Shown here piece after piece: positions 1-13,060 of a stretch of 64,000 nt of DNA. The position numbers and the translations under genes were made by a program. Source of the DNA: Psammoneis japonica (lineage: Eukaryota); assembly GCA_008632985.1 (NCBI GenBank), contig QPGO01000176.1:17778-81777 (forward strand). Reading direction: 5' to 3'. The notes beneath the pieces are model-generated. The model did no database searches. It was not told the origin of the DNA and worked only from the letters and a program-made list of their open reading frames with translations. Position 1 is the stretch's first letter. Each line of letters opens with the position of its first letter.

Positions 1-435
1 ATGCGCAACTGTTTGCGTTGTACAACACCTCACACCACAACAACTTTTTCTTCTGCATTGAATCAAGTACAAATTGAAGCCTTGGAGTATGTTTTTCCAT
101 ATGCAAGGGAGAAATGAATGTCATGGATCATTACGTCAATGATGGACGTGATCTCGGGACGGAATAACGACCCAACAATAACGATGATTCCTTGTATGAT
201 TTGAATTTTACACAAGAACAAGATGATGACGAAGAACGAATTCATGTAGTGGTGCATCATCAAGATGACGACAACGAGAGTGACGAACTTAACACAAGAA
301 AAAGCAAGACGTAGAGTTGAGTACCATTCGAGAAGCAGACAAACCCAATAGCTCAAGACTGTGATGACAAGGAAGACGACAAGGACGCTGTCGTGGGCGT
401 TCTTTCGAGGAGTCGACTCAACTACGTCGTCTCGC

Positions 436-1330
436 NNNNNNNNNNNNNNNNNNNNNNNNNNNNNNNNNNNNNNNNNNNNNNNNNNNNNNNNNNNNNNNNN
501 NNNNNNNNNNNNNNNNNNNNNNNNNNNNNNNNNNNNNNNNNNNNNNNNNNNNNNNNNNNNNNNNNNNNNNNNNNNNNNNNNNNNNNNNNNNNNNNNNNNN
601 NNNNNNNNNNNNNNNNNNNNNNNNNNNNNNNNNNNNNNNNNNNNNNNNNNNNNNNNNNNNNNNNNNNNNNNNNNNNNNNNNNNNNNNNNNNNNNNNNNNN
701 NNNNNNNNNNNNNNNNNNNNNNNNNNNNNNNNNNNNNNNNNNNNNNNNNNNNNNNNNNNNNNNNNNNNNNNNNNNNNNNNNNNNNNNNNNNNNNNNNNNN
801 NNNNNNNNNNNNNNNNNNNNNNNNNNNNNNNNNNNNNNNNNNNNNNNNNNNNNNNNNNNNNNNNNNNNNNNNNNNNNNNNNNNNNNNNNNNNNNNNNNNN
901 NNNNNNNNNNNNNNNNNNNNNNNNNNNNNNNNNNNNNNNNNNNNNNNNNNNNNNNNNNNNNNNNNNNNNNNNNNNNNNNNNNNNNNNNNNNNNNNNNNNN
1001 NNNNNNNNNNNNNNNNNNNNNNNNNNNNNNNNNNNNNNNNNNNNNNNNNNNNNNNNNNNNNNNNNNNNNNNNNNNNNNNNNNNNNNNNNNNNNNNNNNNN
1101 NNNNNNNNNNNNNNNNNNNNNNNNNNNNNNNNNNNNNNNNNNNNNNNNNNNNNNNNNNNNNNNNNNNNNNNNNNNNNNNNNNNNNNNNNNNNNNNNNNNN
1201 NNNNNNNNNNNNNNNNNNNNNNNNNNNNNNNNNNNNNNNNNNNNNNNNNNNNNNNNNNNNNNNNNNNNNNNNNNNNNNNNNNNNNNNNNNNNNNNNNNNN
1301 NNNNNNNNNNNNNNNNNNNNNNNNNNNNNN
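436..1330. other. Assembly gap (N run), probably spurious: contig ends overlap
   Basis: About 57 bp before the gap (acaaggacgc...cgtctcgc, ~379-435) is repeated identically at 1331-1387. Confidence 0.9.
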
Positions 1331-1468
1331 ACAAGGACGCTGTCGTGGGCGTTCTTTCGAGGAGTCGACTCAACTACGTCGTCTCGCGTCATTACACGCA
1401 ATGGCAATGATCCCCTGTCGGGACAAAGCCATACTGCTACCACCGAAACCCCCGTCGAAGGCAAAGGA

Positions 1469-1790
1469 TTGGAACAAGTTTTTCACAGTGTGTCGGTGTC
1501 GGCCATGAGCTCCGGCTTGTTATTAGTATTGGGATTTCGGACGGGCTTTTTTGGAGCGCTTTCCAGTTTTTCCTCGTGGAATTCCAGCATGGTGATGCTG
1601 TTGCAAAATGGATGTATTGGACAAGCCGTGGTGGGATACGCGATTGAATTGCAACTACCCATTGTATCGTATCGGTTTTACCATCATGCGGCGTTGTATT
1701 TGTTTGTTTGAAGATGTCGGCGTGAAACCAGACGAGAGATGAGCGACGAGAATGTGGATTGCGATGGATCTCTGTTGCTGGTAAATCAGA
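1469..1790 (+). pseudogene. Fluoride exporter (FEX/CrcB-Fluc family) fragment, disrupted
   Basis: LGFRTGFFGALSSFSSWN matches the FEX/CrcB TGFxGxLTTFSSW motif. The frame stops at 1711, and upstream acidic segments are frameshifted. Confidence 0.6.
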
Positions 1791-2039
1791 GTCTTTGAGT
1801 TCCAAACCTTAATAAGAACGACATTGACGGAAATAGATAGAGCAAGCCTCTGGATTTCTAGTCCCGGGGCGCAAACAACGAAGCTGGAGCCACAAAATAC
1901 GCACACTGTCATACAACTAGAGCACAATTCATTTGCCAAAACCCATCATCCGAATTGATCAAGCTTCCAATCATACGGTACATAATGAAAGCTCTAGCTT
2001 AGAATAGACATTGCATCCACTCAATTCCGTTAGGTTCAA

Positions 2040-2095
2040 GGTTTCTTGTACGTAATGAAAATCGAAAAAGGTTTCTTGTACGTAATGAAAATCGA
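2040..2095. repeat. Tandem duplication, 30-bp period (ggtttcttgtacgtaatgaaaatcga x2)
   Basis: Seen directly; lies at the left edge of the first TpA-depleted domain. Confidence 0.9.
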
Positions 2096-4630
2096 TTCAA
2101 GCAAGGCGAGGCCTCTTGGTTTCGACACTGCCACTGCCATCGACAGGACTGAAGAAGTGCTTGGCAGTGTGTTGATGCTTCAACCTGCAAATTCTGCAGC
2201 AACACGCAATGTTGCAGTTGGTGCATCTGCCTCTGCAGAGAGCTTCCCATGCATGGAGGGGCATCGGGGGCCTTCAGGAACCAGCTCACCAACATCCAAT
2301 CCCCTGACAACCTTCCCCCCACAGCCATCAGCAACTCATCAATGGCAGGGACCCAGCCAGCAAACCCCCCATGCTGACTCCAGCACCATTGTCAACACCC
2401 ACACACCTGCCAAAGGCCAGCCCCACACTTCATCTCCAACTCCTCCATCTTCATGCCCTGTTTTAGCTTCAGCACCATCATCTCCAACACAAGGTCCAGC
2501 CCTTCTGATGCCAGCTTGTCCTCCATCTGGAAAATGTTGTTGCTCTTGTTCAGAGTTGTTCTGCATTTGACAAGGGCAAACCTTGTGTTCTCATGTTCTC
2601 AACAAGTGCTCATCAACTGTGTTCAAAAAGCCTTTTCAACAACTGAGCCAATCAGCAAAGTGGGAAACAACAATGCTCACTTGTCTTGCTGTGCATTTGA
2701 TCTTGACAAGATCAACTTTGCAAACATTGACAACAACTCTTTTTACAACCCACATTGTTCCAACAATTGAGCCAGTTGGCAGCAAAGCAGGAAATGACAA
2801 TGAATTAAATTTTTGACTTGCAGAGTTTTGCACTTGACAACAGCACATTTGAAGCAACACGCTGTTGTGACTCATGTCTGTCAATGCCCACATTAATTCA
2901 CCCCATTAATTTGCTGTTGCCCTCCTGGCTGTGTGTTGCTTGCAATTTGATTTGTGCACTCTGTGATTTAGACTTTCTGCACTCAATTGTGTTGCAGTCT
3001 GTTTCTTGCTCTCTTTTCTCAAGCCCTTTGCTGTCTGCACATGATGCCACCCTGTTGCAGTTGCACTTGCATGGCACTGCAGTGCTCTGCAGTTCTGGTG
3101 TCCACAAGGATCTTCTGTTGTTTCACACTGTGACCTCACACACTCTTGCTTTTGTTGAAAAGTGTGCTGGGTCAGCCAAAGCTTTGCTCACAAAAAAAGA
3201 AGAGGGTGCAACAAAAATTGTGAGTTCTGCATGTGTTTCATTTTGAATCATCTTTGCTTTGGTGCAGCNTTTGCTTTTTGGCACAGCTTCTGCTCACCTT
3301 TCTGCATCCCCTGCAGCACTGTCTTCCCATCTTGCTCAGCTTTCATGTCAACATGCCTGAGCACCAAGATTGGCAAAAGTGTCAGTTGTTTGCATTGTTC
3401 TCATGCATGCCTGCTTTCATGCCTCACATCCTTTCTCTTGCCTCAGCTTGCCTCTTGACTTCATTTGGCTGTGCCCAGCCCTTTGCTCTGCTGTTGCCTT
3501 CCTGCAAGGCCATCATTGTCAGGATGTTGAGTGGTGGGCTCTCCTGTGTTTTGCATTTTGTGTCTTGTGAGGCAGCGATGATTTGTTGTTGCACCCACAC
3601 CAAGCCAGTCGGCCAAGGTGGTCAGCATCTGTGTCATTGTCTGGCCATTTTTTTTCCTCCATGTTTGCCTGCACTGTTGCAGGCTTCAATGATTTGAGCT
3701 GACTCAAATTTGCAGCTGTGTCAGCAGAAGATCAATGTCTCAGTTTTTGCCACACTGGTGTGGTGTCTTTGCAGGACAGCAGAGCAGATGCCCAATGCAG
3801 TCAGTGCACTTTGTTTTCATGCAGCACAAGGCAGCAGAGCAAGACAAAGACTTGCACTTGCAGCCACTCTCCTTTGCGCGTCTCCTGGCCAAGAAAAAAT
3901 GCTTGCACAAACCCTGGGAAAGAGAGTGCTTTTTCATTGTGACCACCAACTCTTCCTCCATTGGACAAAGCTTCTTGGCGGTTGCAAAAGCCAAGCTTCT
4001 TCCATTTCCTCCAAATCCAGTGCATCAAAGTGGCACGCCATGCTGTCGTTGTTGTCAAAGAAAGCTCTGCATCATTGTCCATGTCAATGTGGGAAGAGGA
4101 CAAGTGAGAACAGTGATCCCTTGACAGTGAGGGGCAAGAGAGCATGTCAAACTTCTTCAAAAAAAAACAGCACATCATCATGGAGTGGTGTGCCAATGTT
4201 GGACATCTCTCAAGCAAGAGAGATGGCTTCAAGTTGTGCTCAGTCTCAGGCAAGCACTAAAATCACTGCTGCCATTGCAAAGTCACTCATCACCATGTTC
4301 ATTGGCAGAGAAATTGCTGTCATTCACCCATTGAGATTCTTGGACAGTGGCAGGAGGAAAAAAAGAGGGGGACAAAAACAATGGATCACCGTCGAGAAGG
4401 ACAGGGGCCTGAATCCATCAGCACCCAAGCCAAGGGAGTGGTTGACAGATCTGACTGACCCAACGAGCACGGTGCAGCAGCATTGCTTGAGGAGCCAATG
4501 GGAGAGGGAGGTGAAAGAGCACTGGGGACATGTGCTGGGTGTCCCTTTTCACTTGATGTTTTGCTTGCTCCTGAGCCTCAGGGCGGTGTGGTGGAGCAAC
4601 AGCTGTCAAGAAGAAGGCTGGCGAAGAAAA
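2096..4630. other. TpA-depleted and CpG-poor degenerate repeat domain, identity unknown
   Basis: About 7 TpA in 2.5 kb by eye; TG/CA-rich; Cys/His-rich spurious ORFs in all frames. Confidence 0.85.
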
Positions 4631-4714
4631 CTACTGTAGCATGTCTTAGGCATTCTCTTCATCATCAGCATACGTTTGTATTTGCTTTATTGTCTTCGAT
4701 TGTTTTACTACATC

Positions 4715-6900
4715 AACAGAGAATAAGGTCCGAACCTGAGTGGGACTGTGTCCAAGAAAATCCAAGTCATGGCGCCCACCCTTTTCGATATGCATGGCAA
4801 CGTAAAAGCTCCTCGTATACATTTGCTACTCGAGCAGCAATCTGGGACTGAGCACGTTTCCTCAGAATGGGATCCTTAATGACAGAGTCGAACGATGGAA
4901 TGGGAGGCGAATAAAGAGACGCATAGAATTCGCGAATACACGTTTGAACCTCTGGGGTGAAAGACCCGGCTGCGATGCCATCGTCATGCCTTGAACATGA
5001 ACTTGTTGCATACGAGTCCATGCGACCAATAGAGAGCCCAATCCTACAAGCTCCAATACTTCTTTCGTGTCATCTTCGACCAAGGCATCAATCAATGCTT
5101 GTCCTTATCGGAGATCAAGCGATTGATCTGTTCGTCACCTCTTCCTTGAGCCCTGCCTTCTGGACCACCAACATGGAAGACTTGATGGTCACGGCGTCAC
5201 CCAAAGACTTGCAAGATGACAAAGCAGCTTCAACGAGCGTCTCGCAGAGAAACTCCAGCGATAGGGATACTTCGATGCCAGTCGCTCCCCGAAGGACAGG
5301 ATAGGTCAGCTGAAAATCCCGGAGATGCTTTGCGCCTCTGTGATTTCTGCCATCATATCGTGTGCCATACATGCTTCCGATTCTCCAGAGATCATGGTAA
5401 GTGACTCCAACTTTGCTCCGTGGACACGAATGGACGCAGCATACGCATGGGACCCTTCCTGCAAGCACTCAAGGACGGCTTTCACAAGAGGGCTCTCGTG
5501 TAGTTCGTCTCCGTCATCGTTGGTTGAAGGCTTTTCCATAGCCTTTGAAAATGCGGAATGATAGAAAAGCAAGAGACTGCATATCGAGTACAAGGATGAT
5601 ACACGAGACCGAGACGCCATCTGCTCTAGCTCTTTCATTCGTCTTGGTCTCCGTCCTCGTGTTGAGGGCGCTTGGCCAGAGAAGCAATAACCTGAAGGAT
5701 TCTTGACTTGAGTGGCCTGGATACCCCACTCATGGCATACGCCAAAATCTCTGCAGCGGACATTGGCTTCTCGCCGTCAAGCATATCGGTATCCTTGTCG
5801 CTGCTGCTCGGTGTAGCAACTTCATCTTCATCGTGCGGAGGCTTGTATTCAACGAGACCACGGGCTACATCCGCTTCGACGTTGTAGGAGCAAAAGACAT
5901 GAACCAACATATCCCCAACATAATTGACGGGATCGTGCGCTTTGACTTCAAAGGGGGGCATTCCATTGTAGGCCAAGAGGAATCGTCTCGTCTCTTCTGA
6001 TCTTCTGTATGTAGCAATCACCTCGATCAAGTGAGATTAGAAAGTGGGCACATCCATTTCCAAAAACAATAAAGAAATTGCTTGACAAAGTCTAGGCACA
6101 GCGCTTCGTCCAAAGTATCATCATCCACTGGTTTCTGCGGCTGCTGCGACAGCTCTTGTAGATTCAGATGAATTTGCAACCACTGATAGAGCCGCTCGTA
6201 TGCTCGTTCCTGTTTTGAGGCCAACGACTCCATCATTCTAATAGTAGAAGTAGCACCGAGACTTTGCTTAATCGAATCAGTGCCTCCCTGTATTTCTATA
6301 TCCGTTCCATACGTTTTGCTCAACTCATGCCGAATGGTACGGACACGATCCAAAGCATCGAGAAACTGCATACCTCTCGTGTCAAGGTCGTCAAAGGGGT
6401 ACTCGACCAGCAAGAGCGACTCGTTCTGTGACAAGTCGAATTTATTAAGGAACTCATCCACCGCTTGAGGCCGCTCTCGTGCTTGATTTCGTTCTTCAAA
6501 CGCTCTTGCCAGTTCAGCAGCTAGTTCTTCTTCACCTCCTACTTCTGGCGACGACTCCTTAGATTTCGCTTCTGACGAGGTAGCTCCAGAAGTACTGTCG
6601 TGAACACTCGCACTCGCTTCACGCGCAATCGACGCTGTTTCTATAACACTTCGCCTCAAGTCCTGGACTGTCTTGACAAGATTCTGAAGTTCCTCTTGCA
6701 TTGAAAGAGCTTGTGCCAGAGCGTCCGCTTCAATCGCAACTCGCACCGACCGTGAATCAATCACGGGCAAATGGCAAATGCGCCAGTGCTTCTCGCGCTG
6801 CCTTCATTGCTGCCGTATGTGTACGAACCTCCAACGCGCGATATACCTTGTTATTGGCAAGGATATCGGCACCCGTAGATGCGGTGGCGTTCTCATCGTT
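4715..6900 (-). pseudogene. COG6: COG6 (conserved oligomeric Golgi complex subunit 6), multiply frameshifted
   Basis: Motifs KVYRALEVRT, QERAYERLYQWLQ, PFEVKAHDPVNYVGDML and LYSICSLLLFY are spread over at least 6 ORF pieces with frameshifts and stops. TpA content is normal. Confidence 0.8.
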
Positions 6901-9040
6901 GTCGGCCCTGGTTCAAGTAAGTTACTCTCTTACGGCATGTCAATGTGCGGCAAACACGGATCGGGACGAACGAGTGAGTCGATCGATTCAAATTTCATCA
7001 GAACAAACCTCCCGCAGTTTGATGAAAGATTGATGGGCAAAAAGCACCAAACGCCAAACACCACCGGAATTTGGTGAATCAACTTGCACTGCAGCTGCAT
7101 TTGTTTGCGGTTGCACACTGCACCCCAGCACAAGAGCTCAATCTTTCTCAGCCTCTCACTCAACCGCTGCCACGTGCACAAAAGATGCTCTGGCATCGTC
7201 TTCAAGTCTTTTGTGGATCAGCTGCAAACCACACAACACTCAAACAATGTGCTCAATGATGTTGCAACAATTTGCACTTAATTGACTTGAACTCTCATCA
7301 AAGATCAAAGGCACCTTCTCCTCTTGAGTTCTTTCTTTGAGTTTGCACCAACAAAACCCACACACGCTGGGCTCACACCATCCCCAAACACCAGCAAAAA
7401 CACACCAACCTGCAATTGTCCTCCAAAGCCACTGCTGCAGAAACAGGAAAAAGGCACTTTGCTGTGCCAGCCCCAAAGTCCAGCTGAATCTTCATCATCA
7501 CAGCAAAGCACAAAAGTCAACCAGCTCTCAGTCTGCAGCTCTCAGCAGCTGTGTTCAACCAGCTCCAATTGAGCACAAACAAGTGATTTGTGCTTGGGCA
7601 CATCTCACCAGCATGTGGCACACATCCTGGCAGCAACAGTGCTCTGTGGAGAAGGGTCTGCCATTGTTTTGAAGAGGTTGACACAGCACACTGATTTTGT
7701 CTCCAGGGGTTCTCTGGTTGCCACATGTGGCACACAAATGATTGTGTGCCTCAATTGGATTCCAGTGGGGCAAGCTCTTTCCTGCATTTTGTCATTTTCA
7801 TCTGCTCACCTGCTCACCAAAGGCTGCTGTTGTGCTTGTTTCAGCTGTGAGGTGGGTTGATCATCTTGCATTGTGGCCATTTGTTTGGCCATTGCACTTT
7901 TTGCAAAGTGCATGCTTTCTGAGCAAAACTGTGCAATGGAGCCTGCCTTGGGGACAATTGTGGCACACTTGCACTCATCAGACAGGCTTGACATGTAGGC
8001 CAAACAAGGTGTCCCTGTGAGTGCAGCATCTGGCTGTTGCCGTGCAAGTTGTTTTCATGAAACTTGCAGCGCCCCCCTCTCCTCACAGGAGTTTGCTTTG
8101 TGCATCTTGTTCATGTGCACTGGTGCCTGGTCTTCAACAACTGTTCTTCCCACTCTGCAGCTGTTGTGTTCTTTTCATTGCCTGAGACATGACATTGCCC
8201 ATGTCATTTTGGGAGATTTTGGCAGCGAACCTGCAAGAAGCATTGAAGCTTTGTGCTGGGGAAAATGGAGAGACAGAGGCTTGCACTGTCAGGCTCTTTG
8301 CTTCCTCTTGAGTGTGTGTGCAGCAGATGCTGCCACAAACTGCCGGCAGTGCTTGGGGCCACAAAGCCAGGTGGGTCAACCCAGAGCTGCCTCTGGAAGA
8401 GGTGTTCTGGTTGGCACAGCACCACAAGATCTGTGTCTCAGCAGCTTGTCCTTGTGCAGTTGTCCCCACTCACATTTGCATTTTGCCTCTCCCACATGCC
8501 AGTGTGGACATCTGCAGCTGCAAGCTCTTAGATTTGGCCTTTCAGGGAGTGTGTGTTTTCTTTGACACTGCCCATTTGAAAAAAACCTGGCCCTGAAACT
8601 TCTGCATCACATGGCTGGGTCTAGATGTGCACACAAAATAGATGAAATGTGGGCAGGTGGTCAAGAAGGGGTGGAGTTTGGGCTCTTGTCAGTGGTGTGC
8701 AGAGTGTTTGCATGTGGATGGGCTCTCTGGAGAGAGCTCTGCTGCTTCCAAGTGCTGCCACCAGCCTGGAGCAGAACTTGGTGCAAAGGCACAATGAAGA
8801 GAACTGTCATTTGTGATGCTCAACTTGATGTGGCACTGATGGCACTGTCCATCAATGGCAAAAAGTTGGAAAATCTGTTTGGATGACTTGGAGCAGTTTG
8901 TTGGTTGAAAGTGTGAGATTGTGTGGCTCTGGGTCTGCACTGCAGAAAAGATGAAGCCGCTGCACTGTGAGAACAGAAAATCACTTTGTTGTGAGGGCAC
9001 AGGTGTGCACAAAGGCACCTTGTTGATGCTGTCTTTCTCT

Positions 9041-9376
9041 GCCATTTGCAGGAGCCACAGAGCACAGGCAACCTGCAGCTCAGGGCACCATCCAGTTGCT
9101 TCTCTGCTTCTTTTTCTGCCACACTTGACGGTGCACTGGAAGTGTGGGTTGGCACCATTGCCAGCCTGGCTGGCAATGGAGTGACAGCACTTTAAATGCA
9201 GATCTGTTTTTTTTTCTCTGCCATTTTTTTTCTGCCATCCACAACCACAGAGAACAGGCAACTTGCATTTCAGGGCACCATCCAGTTGCTTCTCTGCTTC
9301 TTCTTTTTCTGCAATCTGCAACCACAGAGAACAGGCAACTCACAGCTCAGGCACAATCCAGGTTGCTTCTCTGTGT
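9041..9376. repeat. Three diverged copies of a ~75-bp unit (ccacagagaacaggcaac...tcagggcaccatccagttgcttctctg)
   Basis: Copies near 9041, 9234 and 9310. Confidence 0.8.
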
Positions 9377-11296
9377 CCATCAAAAAGCACTGTCAAGAGC
9401 TTTTGAGATGTGAGCAGCTGGCACAACAAGAGACTGTGAGAGCAGCAAGCAGTTTTCCACAAGATGCTGCAGATGGTGGCAGCAGCAGTTGTTTGCATGC
9501 AAAGTGCTGCCAAAATCACCCAAACATGTTGCAAAGAAAAGAGCAACACACTGCAATGGTGGTGCATTTTTCAGGCCTTCTTGAGCTGATGCACCAAAGG
9601 AGTCTGTGACAGAGCTGCTCACACAGCACACACAATGGCACTCATCTGTGTCTTCTTGTTGATCAAACATGCAAAATGTGCCTGTTGTTTGAGCTGACCT
9701 TGGAAAAATCAAAAGTTGATGTTGCATTTTTTGAAATGCTTTGCGGGCTGTCATGTGCATGCTGTGGTGGTGACCCCACCAGTGTGGATGGCACTCTTTT
9801 TGTGTCAAAAAGCAAGAGCAGCAGCAGAGGATGAGGAACAGAAATGCAGCCCTGTGTCACAAAGCACTTTCTTTGATTGTTGGGTGCTTCACCACTTGAC
9901 AATGAAGCAGGCATTCCTGGCTCTTGGGGCTCTGCAAAGATGCGCAAGGCTGCTTCACAGGCCCTCTCCCTTGGTGCCAAGGAAGACACAGCCACCAAGC
10001 CCAAAGCCACAAATGATCTGGGTTTGGATGGAAGACATCAGAATTACACCAGCAGTCTCCCAATGTCACAGTCTTTGTCCTCTCAAGCATTTTTGGGGCC
10101 AGGCAAGCATTGGCTGCAAAGTGGATGGTCTCAAGCTTCTGTGCTTTCACCATGTGAGGGGGGACTGGCGGTGCTGTGCACACTGCAAGAAACAAATTTT
10201 CTTGTGTCACTCTTTGAGCAGAATGGAAAACCCCAATTTTGGATGGCCAAACGAATGCTGGAAGCCATCATCAATCCAAAGCCAAGAAGCCATTTGAGCT
10301 GGAGCTCATTTTCATTCCAAGAAAGCTGGTCATGATTTGATTGATGCAAAGGTGTGTGGAATGAGACCAAAGCAGCCCCCCCCAATGGGATGTTTGTGTC
10401 CATTGCTCTCAACATCTCACATTCTTGTGATTGATTCACAATTCACACAGCAGAACCCTGCACAGTGGTCACTCACACTGAGAATGAACCACACATTTGG
10501 CTTGCCAAATGTCTGCTGGTGCAACAACTTGTCATGACTTTGAAAGCATCTCAAAATTCTTGTCATCTTGCACTTGCACCATTCAACAACATGATGATGC
10601 CACTTGACTTGGTTTGATTGATGCAAACATCACATGGCGGCAATCCAGCAATTGCCTTCTACAAGGTCCACCCGCAGAGAGCAAGGAGCAGTCCAACAAA
10701 GATCAGAAGACCTGGCACGACCTTCAAACAAATGGCAAGCCTCTGTCTTCAATGCACTAAAAGTCCTTCTGCCATGTTGGCCACAGTTTGGCAAACATTG
10801 CTGCCACATGGGTGCTTTTCTGATGTCTCCTTGTTGTCTGTGTCACTGAATTCCATGCAAACCTGCAAGACATGGGAACTGCATTGGGGACTGCCAGTTG
10901 GAGCCAAATGCATTTCTTGTGGCTGGGGGTTTCAACTCACAACATCAAAGTGCTGCAGATCAGGGCTGGGCCAGCCATTGTTGGGGAGGATGTCCTTGGA
11001 AACCAACATTCTGCTGAAGCAAAGTCAACCATTGGGAGGGCTTGAGAGCTCCAGTTCCATGTCCAAGTCTGTTTTTGGTGCCAATTGTTGTTGTGTTGGC
11101 TTTTTGGATGCCTCCATCAGTGCTTTCAACACATTTCAAAGCAAGGCCAGAACATGGTCTGTGGAGCAACAGCTTTGCCGTGTCTGGTCAGTTGGGCACC
11201 ATGTGATACTTTGGGGCAGAGCTTTGTGTGCACTTGCAGCAGTGAGAAGCAACAAGCAGCTCGCAAACTTTGCACAACATTTGGAATTCAAAGGAG

Positions 11297-12135
11297 CACA
11301 AGAGAGACCATGAGTCAACTTCTTTCTCTGGAGACATGGACAAGACAAGATGGAACAATTGCTTGCTCATTTGACACCATGCCATCTTAATGCAAAAGAT
11401 GCATTTCTCCCTGGTGATCACAAATTCATGCAGTGCCTCTGGCGGCTTGAGCCAAACACTTGTTGGACAGCTCTGTCCTTTGAAAATGGTCGTCATTGCG
11501 CAGCTGCTGTGCATTGGCAGCAGCATGCTGAGGGGGGGCAATCTCAACTTGAGCTGACTTTTGAGTGACTTTTCTCATGTCAACAACATGAGGGGAGAGG
11601 TCAAGAGCCACTCTTTCTTGTTGAGAGTGCAGCTGTTGCAATGTGAACCCTGATTTTTGCACAGTCACCAACTTGCAATTGCTTCAATGAGTGGGGAACA
11701 ATGTCCCCCCATGCATTTGCAAATGCTTTGACATGCTGACAAGGCTCTCACCAGAGCACATCAAACCAAGTGGCTGCTCCACATTTTGCCCCACTTTCAT
11801 TGCACCAACAATTGCTCCACAACACAAAGGGCCATCATCTTGGGGAGTGAAGTTTTCTGTTTGTCTTCTCATGAGCAAACAAGCCAACAAAATCTTCCAT
11901 TTGTTTGTGTGTGACTGTTCATTGGGAGCCTGTGAGATGCAACAAATCAGACAGCGTTTTTCTTTTCTCTTCTTGCACAAAGAGAACACAAAGAGAGACA
12001 CTGTGACTCACCTTTTTTCTCTGGACACAAGGACAAGACAAGATGGAATGGTTGCTTGCATCACATCATTTGATGTCTGCCACAACAATGCAAAAGAGAT
12101 GCATTTCATTCTCCCCAGAAGTTGCAAATTCATGC
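11297..12135. repeat. Diverged direct repeat (~135 bp) at ~11297-11430 and ~11987-12135
   Basis: Shared core tctctgga..ca.ggacaagacaagatggaa...aatgcaaaaga...tgcattt...caaattcatgc. Confidence 0.7.
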
Positions 12136-12566
12136 TTTCTACTTTCTGCGCAGGCCTGGCTAGCCAGCTAGAGGTGCTGCAAGTTGAAGTGAAACATCAT
12201 CATGTGCACATGCCAACCACTCAAATTTTCAAAAACACTCTGCACAAATTCATGTGTTCTCAAACCCCTCACCCGGCACATCCCAGAACTGCCACAACAA
12301 AAAGGTGAGGGACCTGGATTCTTTTTTAAAAGGTGAGTTTCTTGACACCCTCCCAGATCACATGCTGAAAAAGGATCCAGGGAAACAAGGAGGAAGATCT
12401 TGTTCCCCCGGAAAAGGAACATGGCTCTTGTTTCTTTGCAACATTGCATGAAAGTTACGATGCTGCGCACACTTTGCTCTGACATGACCCTGGCAGTCTG
12501 GCACATTTTGTTTGGTCTTCAGGATGAAGTGTGGATTTGCATGTTGGACAATCTGGGTCTCATTGA

Positions 12567-13060
12567 TTGCAATTGGTCATGTTTATTCCGGACTTTGTCG
12601 GCAAGGTGTCGGCTGCGCGAGCTGCCTTAAAACCCAACCTTTGCATGAGAAGAGGCTGCTTTCAATGTTGATTGGGTCGCTTTCTTGATTCATGCGTCAT
12701 GTGCCAAGAACCTGGACAGTTTAAACAGGGAGCTCAAGATAAAATGCACCAACCTCATTGAAGACGGAAACAATGTCCTTGTCTTATCCCTGTGATTCAA
12801 GCTGCAGAAAATGCCGGTGCATGCTGCACCTGTCTGAGAAGCGCTGGTCCAACCGTCATGACATTGAGCAGTGGTGCTTCTGGAGATGTCTCTGCGCAGC
12901 GCGAGAAGGAAAAGGTTCATTCTGTGATGGCCAAGGCCATGAGGGAGATTGCTGACTCACTCGGCATTCATCGAAACATCCACATGACCAACGCTGCCAA
13001 TGAGGGCGCACGGGCTGTCAAGGTCGAACCGCCCATTCTTCTAGAGAGATTGCTTGTTGA
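12567..13060 (+). pseudogene. thrB: Homoserine kinase (GHMP family) C-terminal fragment
   Basis: Across frameshifts it reads LQLVMFIPDFVGKVSAARAAL, AAFNV, QDKMHQPH and VIQAAENAGACCTCLRSAGPTVMTLSSGASGD, compared with HSK DxLHQPYR and LSGAGPT. Confidence 0.7.

Noticed and set aside
63..1508. Four long ORFs in the track
   Set aside because: Artefacts of translating through the N gap.
2046..12500. Many Cys/His-rich ORFs as metal-binding proteins
   Set aside because: They occur in all six frames with no domain motifs and are explained by loss of TAA/TAG and Tyr codons.
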